A stretch of DNA of 64,000 bases from NCBI RefSeq assembly GCF_018977255.1, contig NW_024704742.1, forward strand, positions 132,744,001-132,808,000. Direction: 5' to 3'. The DNA comes from Callorhinchus milii. Taxonomy: Eukaryota. The notes under the pieces are model-generated. The model made no database searches and was not told the origin of the DNA. It saw only the letters and a list, made by a program, of their open reading frames with translations. The position numbers and the translations under genes are program-made. This document shows, piece by piece, positions 1 through 10,812 of the stretch (positions are counted from its first letter, which is position 1; each line of letters opens with the position of its first letter).

Positions 1-66
1 GGCCAGCGATGCTGAGGGGGATTGCTATCCGGCTCCCCGTGATTCCCATTGAGTGCGACGAGTCTT
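1..66 (-). CDS. ARID3: ARID3-family transcription factor, partial exon running off the window start (towards the REKLES region)
   Basis: Long polypyrimidine tract (69-125 on minus) ending TTCAG|. In phase 1 it reads (E)DSSHSMGITGSRIAIPLSIAG, resembling the ARID3A segment KKEEDSAIPITVPGRLPVSLAG as I recall it. Confidence 0.85.
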
Positions 67-647
67 CTGAAGAATGCGGGGAGAGGGAAAGGCGAGGAGA
101 GAGAAACGAAGAAGGAAAAAAAAATAAGAAAAAGCCATCCACATACCTGGCCCCGACCCCCCAACCCCATTAAACATCGACACTAATCCTAACCTGATTC
201 CTCCTTCGGCAATTTTTACGGATCAGTAACAATAATATTACTGCTGCCTTCTAGCGGGCAAGAATAATCGGCGGAGATATTTTAGAAACGCCGCAAATTT
301 AACCCCAATCCTATGTATCGAAGGTTTAGCAATTTAGCTCGTTTCGTGATCCTTCAATGCAAGTCCAATACAACTTACATTTATAAAGCACCTTTCATGA
401 GAAGTGACTATTCAAAAAGAGAAGGGAGTTTTTCCTGGTGTCCTGTCCAACAAACTCACAGTTGTGTGTGGGACATCGCTGTGCGGAAATTGGATACACA
501 TTCAATAAATATATTTTACAGTGAAGCACTTTGGGATGATTTTATATGAAAAGTGCTGTATCAAAATGTAAGGGTTATTGTTCATTTATTTTCTTGCGAA
601 GCACTTTGTGAAACTTTTCAATGTCTTATGAGTGCCAGCCATAATAC

Positions 648-883
648 CTTTCTTAATGTGGCTTATATGGGTGCCGTTAGGCGTTGATATTGCAATGGTT
701 GGCATCTGTATCTTTGGTGAAGACAGGACAGTCGGGGTCCCCACAGGGGAGTAGTTAAATATGGTGGATCCATAGCTTTGCCTTCGACCTTCTCTCCGGT
801 TGCTATCAATCGCTGCCTGCAGTTCTCCAGGAGAGCTCAGGCCCCGCTTTTCACATTCATATGGGTACAGGTACTTCATATAC
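648..883 (-). CDS. ARID3: ARID3-family transcription factor, internal coding exon (236 bp; end of ARID / extended ARID)
   Basis: YMKYLYPYECEKRGLSSPGELQAAIDSNRREGRRQSYGSTIFNYSP...HISHIKK. Acceptor GCCTTCCAG|, donor G|GTATTA at 647; phase 2 to 1. Confidence 0.95.
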
Positions 884-997
884 CTGGAAGGCAAAACGAC
901 CATATCACGGGATCATTCTGGGAGGGGAAGGAAAGGCCAAGTTTGCAGTATTGTTATGTATATGATTTCAAATGTTACAGTCTGAGTCTGTTATGTA

Positions 998-1300
998 ACA
1001 AACAATAACAAATTACATTTGAGAAGCGTGTTTCACGACAGGAGGATGTCCCAAGTCACTGAACAGTCAGGGCTTTGGACCTGAACACTGGGGGTTGGGA
1101 TTAGAAGAGGTGGAGGGCAGGGAGGGTAGGACAAAGATGAGGATCTTGAGACGGGCCTTGAAGGAGGCAAGGAAGGGGACAAAGTGAAGGGAATGTGGGA
1201 TGGAGTTCCAAACGGTGAGGATAGAAAGACTGAAGGCCTGATCGCCGATGGTGGGGCAGGCCGGGTTACGGTCATGGAGCAGGCTGGAGTCCGCTGAGCA
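998..1300 (-). mobile_element. L2 LINE 3' fragment
   Basis: CAA-type tail at ~1000; similar to the other L2 3' ends (GGATCTTGAGACGGGCCTTGAAGGAGGCAAGG…GGAGTTCCA). Confidence 0.75.
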
Positions 1301-2324
1301 GAAACAGGTCTATATGGAGTAATACCGGTAATCTGTGTGTGTAATGGGGGTGGAATGAGGGGGTTGGTGGTGCCACAAACTGGGTTCTCGTTTTAAGGAC
1401 CCTAACCAAACTCAAGCACTCTCGCCTCTGAGTCAGCGGCTCGTGGGTTCAAGCCCCACATCGGGTTTTTGAGCTCACATAGTCTCGGCTGTGCAAGTGT
1501 GCAAATGCTGCTGCATTGTTGGAGGTGCTGTCCTTTGAACAAATGAAATGTTAAGACATTGCTGTGCGCAAATTAACTGCCATCCACAAAATACACAAGG
1601 GTCACAGCACTTTACAGCATATCAAATGAAACGCTTTAAGACATCTCGCTGATGTGATAAGGCACTATATCAAATGCAAGGAGTATTATTATTATGATGA
1701 TGATGATTTGTATGACAGGACCAGGATCTTGACATTGATCCCATGGGAGCCAGTGGAATCTGGCGATGATTTCAACAGTTTACAATCTGTGGACATAAAT
1801 TCTCAGTCCCAATGTCTGCAAGTGACCTGTGTGTAGAGTCAATCCGGTATCTGTACTGGTTTATCTCTGGACTGCAACTAACTAATCAACTGATCATCTA
1901 TGAAGTAGAGCACAAAACGTTTGCACAAATAAGTGACAGGATCATTAACATGCTTATCAGCCAAACCCATATAAAGTACAAGGCAAGATTCAGGAATTGT
2001 GGCATTGAGAAACAAAGGTGAAGGGCAACACATCACCAAGGTCAAAATGATTAGGCTGGGGTGGGGGAGGGGCTGGGGAGAGGGAGGAGAAGAGATCATA
2101 GTGTAGTGGTTAGGTGACTAAGCTTGGATTTTATACACCTTTGTAGTTTGTAAGAAGGAAAAAGTGAGAACAAAGAGTCGTGGTGGAACAAACTGCCAAG
2201 TAAGGTGCCAGAGGCAGAATCCATTGTGGGTTTCAAGGAGGAAGTGGACAGATTTATAAAAGATTGAGGATTGAAAGGGTATGGAAATAGGCCAAGGGCA
2301 GTGGAATTTAATGGACAGCTTTTT

Positions 2325-2797
2325 TTTCTTTTTGTTTGGTCAGCTGAGTGTCTGACACATCCGGAAACCCATCACCGTTGCTTAACAGGATCCAAACCAA
2401 ACTGAGAATTCCAGGCATCCCACCTACACATGGAAACTCCAGAGATAGATTGTTGGAATGGAATGCGCACTCTCTCCCTGGAGGGACACATCCTGCTTAC
2501 CAAATTCCTGAAAGTGTTAGGCGCAGGTTGGCAAGACCATCTTGGGGACCATCAGAGTGTGAATTGGGGTAACTGCTGGAGTCTGACCAACTAAAACTGC
2601 ATAGCTTGCCATTAATATTGCTGTCTGGCAAGCTTTCCTGCTGCTTGTTCAGCTAAGACCACCCCACCCGTTAGAGCTTTGGCTTAGAGGGTTAACAGGA
2701 GCTGAGTGGGATGACTCCCTGCCCCCAGTGACTTCTAACTCCGCTGATGAGCCAAATTAGTAGCGCTGTCTTCAGCAGTGCACTGGAATACTACATG
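2325..2797 (-). repeat. Unclassified repeat family C (3' portion with A-rich end)
   Basis: 2347-2500 is nearly identical to the reverse complement of 41925-42070. Confidence 0.88.
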
Positions 2798-2799
2798 TT

Positions 2800-3138
2800 T
2801 ACCTCTCAAGCAAAACGACCTGGGTTCGATTCCAGGGCAGGGCGAAACCTTAAGACAAGTTTCCTTACTCTACATGCCTCTGTTTATCGAGCCGTAAGAA
2901 GGAACCGGGTTGTTAGTCGATTGACAGATTGCGTTCTGGGGGTAATAATCCGTCAAAAAAAAGATTGGTCACTAAATCCATGACTGTTTATGCGACACTG
3001 CGGTTTACAATTGGCTGCCGTATTTTGCCCATAAAATACAGTTAATCCAGTATACAATATGTTCCATGAAGCGCTTTGAGGCATCTCAACGATGTGATAA
3101 GGTGCTATATCAAATGCAAGGATTATTATTATTATTTT
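2800..3138 (+). mobile_element. SINE family A (long form, 5'-clipped)
   Basis: GGGTTCGATTCC B box, GCCTCTGTTTA…GGAACCGGGTTGTTAGTCGATT segment, tail. Confidence 0.85.
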
Positions 3139-3272
3139 TATTACATAGATGGAACTCTCAGTTTGGATACCCTTAAGCATGGCTGATGGGTTTCCACATG
3201 GCTGACCAAAAAAAAATGTGCAGAATGTTAACCAACAAGAGATCCGTTAATCCTCATGCCATGTGTACTCAC

Positions 3273-3456
3273 TGGGTTCTCAGGGTGAAAGCAGCGCTGG
3301 TAATAGAGGTAGGGAGGTTGAGGCCTTTGGTGATTTCTCGCCAGATCTTCTTATTGATGACTTCCACTAAACCGCCCTTTTCAGTGACAAGCTTGTACAG
3401 ACTGTACAGATCTAACACCTGCTTGGCCATGATGGGAATCCGATTCACTGGAGTCC
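3273..3456 (-). CDS. ARID3: ARID3-family transcription factor, internal coding exon (184 bp; ARID core)
   Basis: (G)TPVNRIPIMAKQVLDLYSLYKLVTEKGGLVEVINKKIWREITKGLNLPTSITSAAFTLRTQ. Acceptor TTTGCACAG|, donor |GTGAGTAC; phase 1 to 2, in frame with the flanking exons. Confidence 0.98.
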
Positions 3457-4779
3457 CTGTGCAAATGAAAAAAAATATCCGCAATCAATTCCATTAGCCT
3501 CAACAAATCGACAGACATCCCACAGTTATTGGACAATTAATTTGACAAACTAAAACACCTAATTGCTCACTTTCTGTCAAAAATATTTACTCCCGATCAA
3601 CCTGTGTATTGATGTTACAAAGATTACGAACCAAACATTTTTGGCCATATTCAGCTCCAGATAATTTGTTTGGTGGGGGGAAGAGATCATGCAAGAATTC
3701 TCTTATCTAAATCTGGTCCACTGCTAGCTCTTCACTCTCTCCAACTGGGTTGACACTGAACTTACAATCTAGGCTGACACTCCAATGCAGTGCCAGGGGT
3801 GTGTTTCATTGTTGAAGGTGCCATCCTTTGGATGGGAAGTTTTATTGAGGGCCTGTCTGCCTGTTCAGGTGGACATTAAAGATCCTGTGGTGCTATTCAA
3901 AGGGAGAAGGGAGTTTCTCCCAGCATCCTGATTAACAACGCCCCTATAAAAATAAAATTGGTCACTCACTTCATGGCTGCTCGCAAATTTGGCTTCCATG
4001 GTCATCTACAAATACCCAGTCACGACCCGTAATGATAATAATAATCCTTGCATTTGATATAAGTCTTATAATGTCGTTGAGATGTCTCAAAGCGCTTCAC
4101 AGAATATACTATGAAATGAATTGTTGTACATTTTATGAGCAAATTTCATAGTAACATCTTGGAGCACTTTGAGACATCTCGACAATGTGATGACACTGCT
4201 GGCTGAGCCTTTAAGGTGTACCTAGTTCAGCTCCAAGAGTAAGCTCTGGGTGCCCCAAGCCTTGGTTAATGTCTCATGTGAAGGACGGCACCACCAACAA
4301 TGTTACTGAAGTGTCAGCATGGATTATATGAGTTGAACATCCAAATGTGGGTCTTGAACCCACAACCTTTTGACTTGGAGGAGAGAGTGCTACCAAACGA
4401 GCCAGGCTGACACAAAATCCTAGTGCTTTTTGTGAGAGCACTGTCTAATTCTCCTTCCTCTCTCCCCCATCCCGCATTGCAGTAACCATCAGAGATATGT
4501 CCCTGACATCTATCTCTTCAGCTTTGCATTTAAATACAAACCTTTACATTCGCTGGAATCATAAATACCCAAATTATAGTGCAGCCTTCATACAAAGTGT
4601 ACGATGAAACATCAATAAAGTACGCAGATTATTGAGCCTGATAATGTGTGTGTAAGTGGTTCTTTTGTGCATTTGGCCTTTCCAATTAACCTGAGTTTAG
4701 CTGAGAAAGTCCTATTGTAATCAGTGGATTTATGATAATAGCATTAAGACGAATTCATTAAATATCTGTCTGGCTCTGT

Positions 4780-4985
4780 AATCACACCCACACAAAAACC
4801 TACCCACACACACACAAACAAACCCAGTTCCCACATACACACCTACAAACACACTCACACAAAACAGTCTACAAATACACACACACAATTGTCCCCCATC
4901 ACACAGATAAGCACACGTACAACCTCTCCCCAGGATCACCCCCCCACACACATACACACGCACACAAAAACACGCACACTTGCGA
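4780..4985. repeat. Degenerate (CA)n-rich simple repeat
   Basis: Visible directly; similar tracts at ~60270-60500 and 60890-60960. Confidence 0.88.
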
Positions 4986-5766
4986 CCAGAGAGTTTGTGT
5001 TGGTGTAACTGCTGGTGTTTAGCAGCTAATACCACATAGCTTACCATTGAAAGCACTGTCTAGCAAGCTTCCTTCCCACTGCCTGTCCAGGTAGAACCAC
5101 CATTCTCTTGAAGGCTTTAGCTTACAGGACTAACAGGGACCAACTGAGAAGAATCATATGTCCCAATGACTGGTCTGCCGCTCCAAGTCCTGCTGACAAG
5201 CCAGGCTGGCTGGTCTGTTAAACAGCAGTGCCCTGGAATACTGTGGACATGCCTGGCTCGGGAACCAGACTGCACTGCCACAGAGAACTGACTTGAATCG
5301 GACAATCTGTTGCCAAACATGTGACTTTGGAGCCTTAGGAGACCTAAGGAGACCCTGCTTACTTCCTCCAGTTAGTCGTATCAATTATTAAACGTCATAG
5401 AACCCTAGAATGTTATAACACATGTTTTGCTGCCAAATCAAGCGCTGTTGTCTTCTTCACATGGGTAACCTAATCTGACCTCGCTCTCCGCCTCGCTCTC
5501 AATACCTTCCAATAATCCTCTGTTTTTCCAACTTCCAACTCAATTCAATTCCAATTCATTCAAAGTACGGCACCTGCAACAATGCAGTACACACCCAATG
5601 CTGCATTGGAGCATCAGCCTATGCTATATATAATAATATTCCTTGCATTTGATACAGGGCCTCATTATCTCATTAAGATGTTTCAAAGAGCTTCACAGAA
5701 TATATTGTGAAGTAATAATAATAATAATCCTTGCATTTGATATAGGGCTTTTCACGTCTTCTAGAT

Positions 5767-6380
5767 AATAATAATAATAATAATCCTTGCATTTGATATA
5801 GCGCTTTTCACGTCGGGAGGACGTCTCAAAGCGCTTCACAGAATAGACTGTAAAGTGAATTGACTGTATATTTGTGGGCGAAATGCGGCATCCAATTGTG
5901 CACAGCAGTGTCCCACAAAGAGTCGTGGATTGAAATTACCAATTTATTATTTTTTTTAGGGATTATTATCAGGCGTGTGGAGTAAGTAAATTTGCCCAAG
6001 GCTTCACCCTGCCGGGAATTGAACCCAGGTCTCTCGCTTGCAAAGCGAGTGCTCTAAGCACTGAGCTTCAGCACTTCACATAATAATAACATAAGTAGTG
6101 ACTGTATATTTTATGGGCGAAACCTGGCAGCCAATTGCGCTGAAACAGTTGTGGATTGAGTGACCAAATTATTATTTATTCATTTATTTATTTTCAAAGG
6201 GATTATTACCCACGGAAAGCCATCCGCCAATTAACTAACAGGTGGGTTAATACTACTGCTGGATAAACAGAGGCGTATGGAGTAAGAAAACTTGCCTGAG
6301 CTTTCGCCCTGCCCTAAAATCAAACCCGGATCCTCTCACTTGCGAGGTGAGTGCTCTAACCAATACACCGCAGGGCTCCA
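5767..6380 (-). mobile_element. Two tandem family A SINEs (short form ~5767-6079; long form ~6095-6380), preceded by stacked tail fragments (~5630-5765)
   Basis: Both show a B box (GAACCCAGG / CAAACCCGG on plus) and the Deu-like body. Confidence 0.85.
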
Positions 6381-8941
6381 TATGAATTCCAAGTCCCGAG
6401 ATGAGGCGTGAACCCACAACCTTCTGACTCAGAAGTTGGCCCTACCAACTGAGCCAGGCTGATGCACGTTAATACATGCTGTATGCCCTCTGAATTTAAT
6501 GATAAACGATCAAATATGGAACCTTCCCAGTCTGTTTGCCCCAAGTTTTGCCCGTGTAAACGCTCTCTCTCGAAAAAGAAAAGACCAGGCTGATTTTCTT
6601 TTGTCCCTTATGAACTTTCCCCTCCAGAAGCGAAACTTCCCAATTCAATCCGAAGTATTTAATTAGAAACCCTCTATAATTGAGGAACAGTTAATGAAAC
6701 TAATTTACATTAGCAGAGCCGCCAGCCAGATATGCAAACGGAATCATATCCAAATAGGTTTTGAATGCATACATTGATGCCTTGACAGAGATCCTCAGAT
6801 GTCATTCCAGTAATGTAAAACCAGACAATTTGTATTGTAATTTAAAGAATTCCCTTTTAGTCCATTGGAAATACATTGTTCGGAGACAACCATCTACATG
6901 TATGAATGAGCAAGGGACTGAGCCTGAAATCCCATGCATACATAGTCTTGTTTAACTTGTGCGCCTTTATTGGCTTCAGTGTAAATGCATTAGATAAATC
7001 CCGTTCAACACAAGAGAGGCAAGTGGCAATAAAATCAATAATCCTGGCTGAAATTGATGTATTTTCACTGGTGGCAATGCATCTTGCCCGGAAACAATGT
7101 TTTTTATTCAAACTGACAGCTTCCCATTGAAAGCAATACATTTTTGACGTCAAACAATATATTTTCGTTCGAGCAGCTGTGTGGAAATTTTTGTTTTTAA
7201 AAAAAATTCCGCTGCTAAAGATTTTTGGCGGGTTTAATTGAAACTCGATCCACAGCATCCAAATTGTATCTATTGCTGAAGCAATTATGTGCATCTTAGG
7301 TACTGGAGCTCATTCAGCATAAATTCGGCAGGTCCGTAATACAATTACTCAGCGAATGAAGGATGAGAAACTTCACAAGTACATTTTAGACTTTGTTTTG
7401 TGACTGGAGTGGTGGTAGCAGCTGCGGAATACAAGCTCAACACCCCATTCCCCTACCCACCTACTTCGCTCAGCTGGTTCCAGCCTCCAGCATGCCCCTC
7501 ATCTCGTCCGCTTCACCATTATTAGCCTTGATTTCAGTTTCTAGGTCCCGAAACTCTGGAACTCTCTGCCTCAATCTCTCTGCCATACTCCCTTCTCACA
7601 AGTCTTCAGATCACACCTGCAGACCTTCCTCTTCAACTGTGTCTACGGTCATCTCTCCTCTCTCCCTGACTTGGCGTCAAGCTCTGCAACTGTTAAGCAC
7701 TCTGAGATCTGAAATCCGCTATATAAATCCAAGTTATTGTTGTTCGACATGCAGAAGGGCCACTTGTAAATGTAATAATCCTTGCCTTAGACACAATGCC
7801 TTATCACATTGTTGAAATGTCTTGAAGTGCTTTGTGGGATTTACTGCATATTTTGTAGGCATTCAATTTTCCTACAAACAGCCATGAAGTGAATGATTGA
7901 TTTTATCTGGGGAATTATCTACCAGGATCCTTCTCTTTTCAAATAATGCCTCATACAAATAGTTCCTCGGAATATCTTCCTGACATGAAAGGCGCTATAC
8001 AAATGTAATTTTATTGTTGTTGCTGTGACATCTTAATGTTCACCTGAAAAAGTAGACAGGACCTCTAATTGTTTAAAATCTCATCCAAAGGTCAATTCAG
8101 CGCTTCCCGTGCGTTGCACTGGAGTGTTGGCCTGCCCTAGATTATATAATAATAATAATCCTTGATAACTGATAACTTCACATTACTCCTGATTAAACTG
8201 CCCCCTTTCTCCTCATTCCCCCGGCCTCTCCAGATCCTCCAGAACTTATGGACATTGATTCTCATCACTTTCCACTGTGCACCTCCCACTGATGTCAACC
8301 CAAAGTTATACCATCTAACACAAGATATACCCCGACCTGTGACTTCAGCCACGACTCCCTGGAACTCCATGCCTCAATCCCTCCACCTTGCCCTTCCCTT
8401 TAATCTATAGTTAAATCCCACTTTAAATCTACCTCTTCAACTGCCTACGGTCAATCCCTGCCGCTAACCTGCGCTCCAAGACGCTACCCTGAATGAACTG
8501 TGCTATATATAAATGTAAGTTGTTCTTGTATGAGATACAATTCCATGAAAATCACTAAAAACTCAGCTCCTTTTGTTTTGCATGGCCAGAATGTACCGAA
8601 TGCAAATTCCAAACAGCTGCTTCCCTTTCACCTGCACACAAAAGCAGCTTGTGAGCTAAACAAACCAGCATTCTCCCTAGCAACCATCCTGTCAACAATG
8701 AATAAGAGATCAACTCTATCAATTAAAATGATTCCTGAACTCATGGCACAGAACTTTGACTTTATGAGGACACGTCGAATTATATATTCTCCTACTTTGA
8801 AATCAGGTCATGTCTTCTTTGAGTTTATCTGCTCGAGAACCTCGTTCACTACTAGTCCTGCTTAAAAACCAACTCAGAGCACCAAAGGTTCACAATTCCA
8901 CCTGGTCTTAGCCAGGAGACCAATATACACACTGAGTGTCA

Positions 8942-9670
8942 ATGTCAGTCTGGCTCAGTCGGTAGCACCCTCACGTCTGAGCCAAAAGGTTGTGGGTTCA
9001 AGCCCCCAAATGAGGACTTTTGAGCTCATATAGCCTAGACTGACACTCCAATGCAGTGCTGGGGGTGTGTGTGCTGCATTGTTGGATATGTTGTGGAGTC
9101 CTGTAGCTCAGTGGTTAGAGCGCTCTCCTTGCAAGTGAGAGACCTGAGTTCAATTCCAGGCAGAGGGCGAAACCTTGGGCAAGTTTCCTTACTCCACACA
9201 GAGCCTAATAATAATCCCTCCAAAAAAAAACTCAATAAAAAAAAATTGGTCATTTTCAATCTACGACTGTTTGTGGGACATTGCTGTGCGCAATTGGCTG
9301 CTGCGTTCGCCCACAAATATACAGTCAATTCACTTTACAGTATATTCTGTGAAGCGCTTTGGGATGTCCTCCTGACGTGAAAAGCGCTATATCAAATGCA
9401 AGGATTATTATTATTATGCTGGCCTTTGGATGAGACATAAAACCAAGGTCTTGTCTGCCTGTTCAGTTTGACGTCAATGAAGTGAATTTCTCAATCCCCC
9501 AGAGAAAAATAATTTGGTCACTCAATCCGTGAATGTTTTGGGACACCATTGCCGCATTTCGCCCACAAAAATACACAGTCAATCTACTTTACAATATATT
9601 TTGTGAAGCACTTTGAGACACCTCAATGACGTGATACGGTGCTATATCAAATGCAAGGATTATTATTATT
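8942..9670 (+). mobile_element. SINE family B interrupted by a family A SINE
   Basis: Head TGTCAGTCTGGCTCAGTCGGTAGCAC; the body resumes at 9416 (CCTTTGGATGAGAC…CTGCCTGTTCAG). Confidence 0.85.
9093..9415 (+). mobile_element. tRNA-derived SINE, family A (young, internally deleted form), nested in a family B SINE
   Basis: A box TAGCTCAGTGG, B box GAGTTCAATTCC, Deu-like 3' body, L2-like tail and (ATT)n; imperfect TSD ATGTTG/ATGCTG. Confidence 0.92.
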
Positions 9671-10812
9671 ACAATTGAACGTGTTCCACCAGTTTGTTAG
9701 ATGTTGGCAGATCTTTTAATGCCAATCCCTCACTCTTTCACGGTACCCCTAAATACATAGGTTACCCCAGGATCAGAGTACTACCCACTCTGCCCGGCTG
9801 ACACTGGCACTCGATGGATTGAATGGCCTCTTCACTGTTTTCCTGTGTTTGCGTATCTTAAATTTAAGACAGGCTAAGACTGGATGGAATTGTGGACGTT
9901 TCATCAGCATTCTGAGATACTATCTTGCATGTATATAAATCCAAGTTTGTTGTTGTTGTTACCTCCTGCTTGTCTCTCGTGCCCTCTGTTCCACCATCGC
10001 TTTCAGCCACGATGCCCCAAAACTCTAGAACACTCTTCCTCAATCCATCCGCATTACCCCCCTTTACCCATCTTCAAATCATGCCCGAAAACCTTCCTCT
10101 TCGACCATTCCTACGGTCACCTCCCTCTCACCCCCACTCGGCATCAAGCTCAGCCAATGTCATATAGAAATGTGAAATAAAACTATCACAAATAGTGGCT
10201 TCACATGATTTTTTGAGCTCCTAAGCCTCATTGTGAGGTAACTCTATATAACGCAAACACACCTGTGTTCAAACTCATTTGTTTCCAGTGAAAGCAATCC
10301 ACATTGTAACCTTAATTCAATGCGCTTCTGTGGAGGTCCCTAATTTGATCAAACTAACAGTTTTAATAAAACTGACAATCTCCGTTCAACTAATGTCATT
10401 AAAAAATCAATATTTTATTAAAACCCACAGTAACTCGGTCAATACATTTTAGCTTGGCTGAGTATGATTCCCAGGCAGCAAATGAATTAGCACAACGGTA
10501 GTGTAGTTTATGTAAGTGGAGTCCCGTAGTGTAGTGGTTAGCATGCTCGTCTCACAAGCAAGAGGACTCTGGTTTGATTCCCGTGCAGAGCAAGACCTTA
10601 AGTAAGTTTCCTTACTCCACATGTCTAACAATAAGTAGGAACCCGGTTGTTAGGCGATAGGCAGATTGCTTTCCGGGGCTAATAATGACTCCAAAAAAAA
10701 ATCCTAATAATTTGGTCACTCAATCCATGACTGCTTGTGGGACACTGCCATGCATAAGTGGCTGCCTCATTTTTCAACAAAGTATTCAGTTAATTCACTC
10801 TACAGTATATTC

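Noticed and set aside
586..647. ORF-track extensions of ARID3 exons (586-903, 3269-3484, 44000-44299)
   Set aside because: Residues outside the GT-AG boundaries are intronic read-through with no ARID3 similarity.
2348..2572. Recurrent ORF 'MSDT.GNPSPLL…KLRIPGIPPTHGNSRDR' (also at 30069, 41596, 43500) suggesting a small protein family
   Set aside because: Translations of repeat family C copies. Stops and frame differ between copies, and there is no consistent start codon or splice signal.
5630..5830. Repeated AATAATCCTTGCATTTGATA units resembling a CRISPR-like array
   Set aside because: Stacked, truncated SINE 3' tails with irregular spacing in eukaryotic DNA; no unique spacers and no cas genes.
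9093..9170. tRNA-Ala-like sequences (also at 11630, 15890, 20152, 59020)
   Set aside because: These are SINE heads. They continue directly into the SINE body and lack a proper acceptor stem and poly-T terminator.
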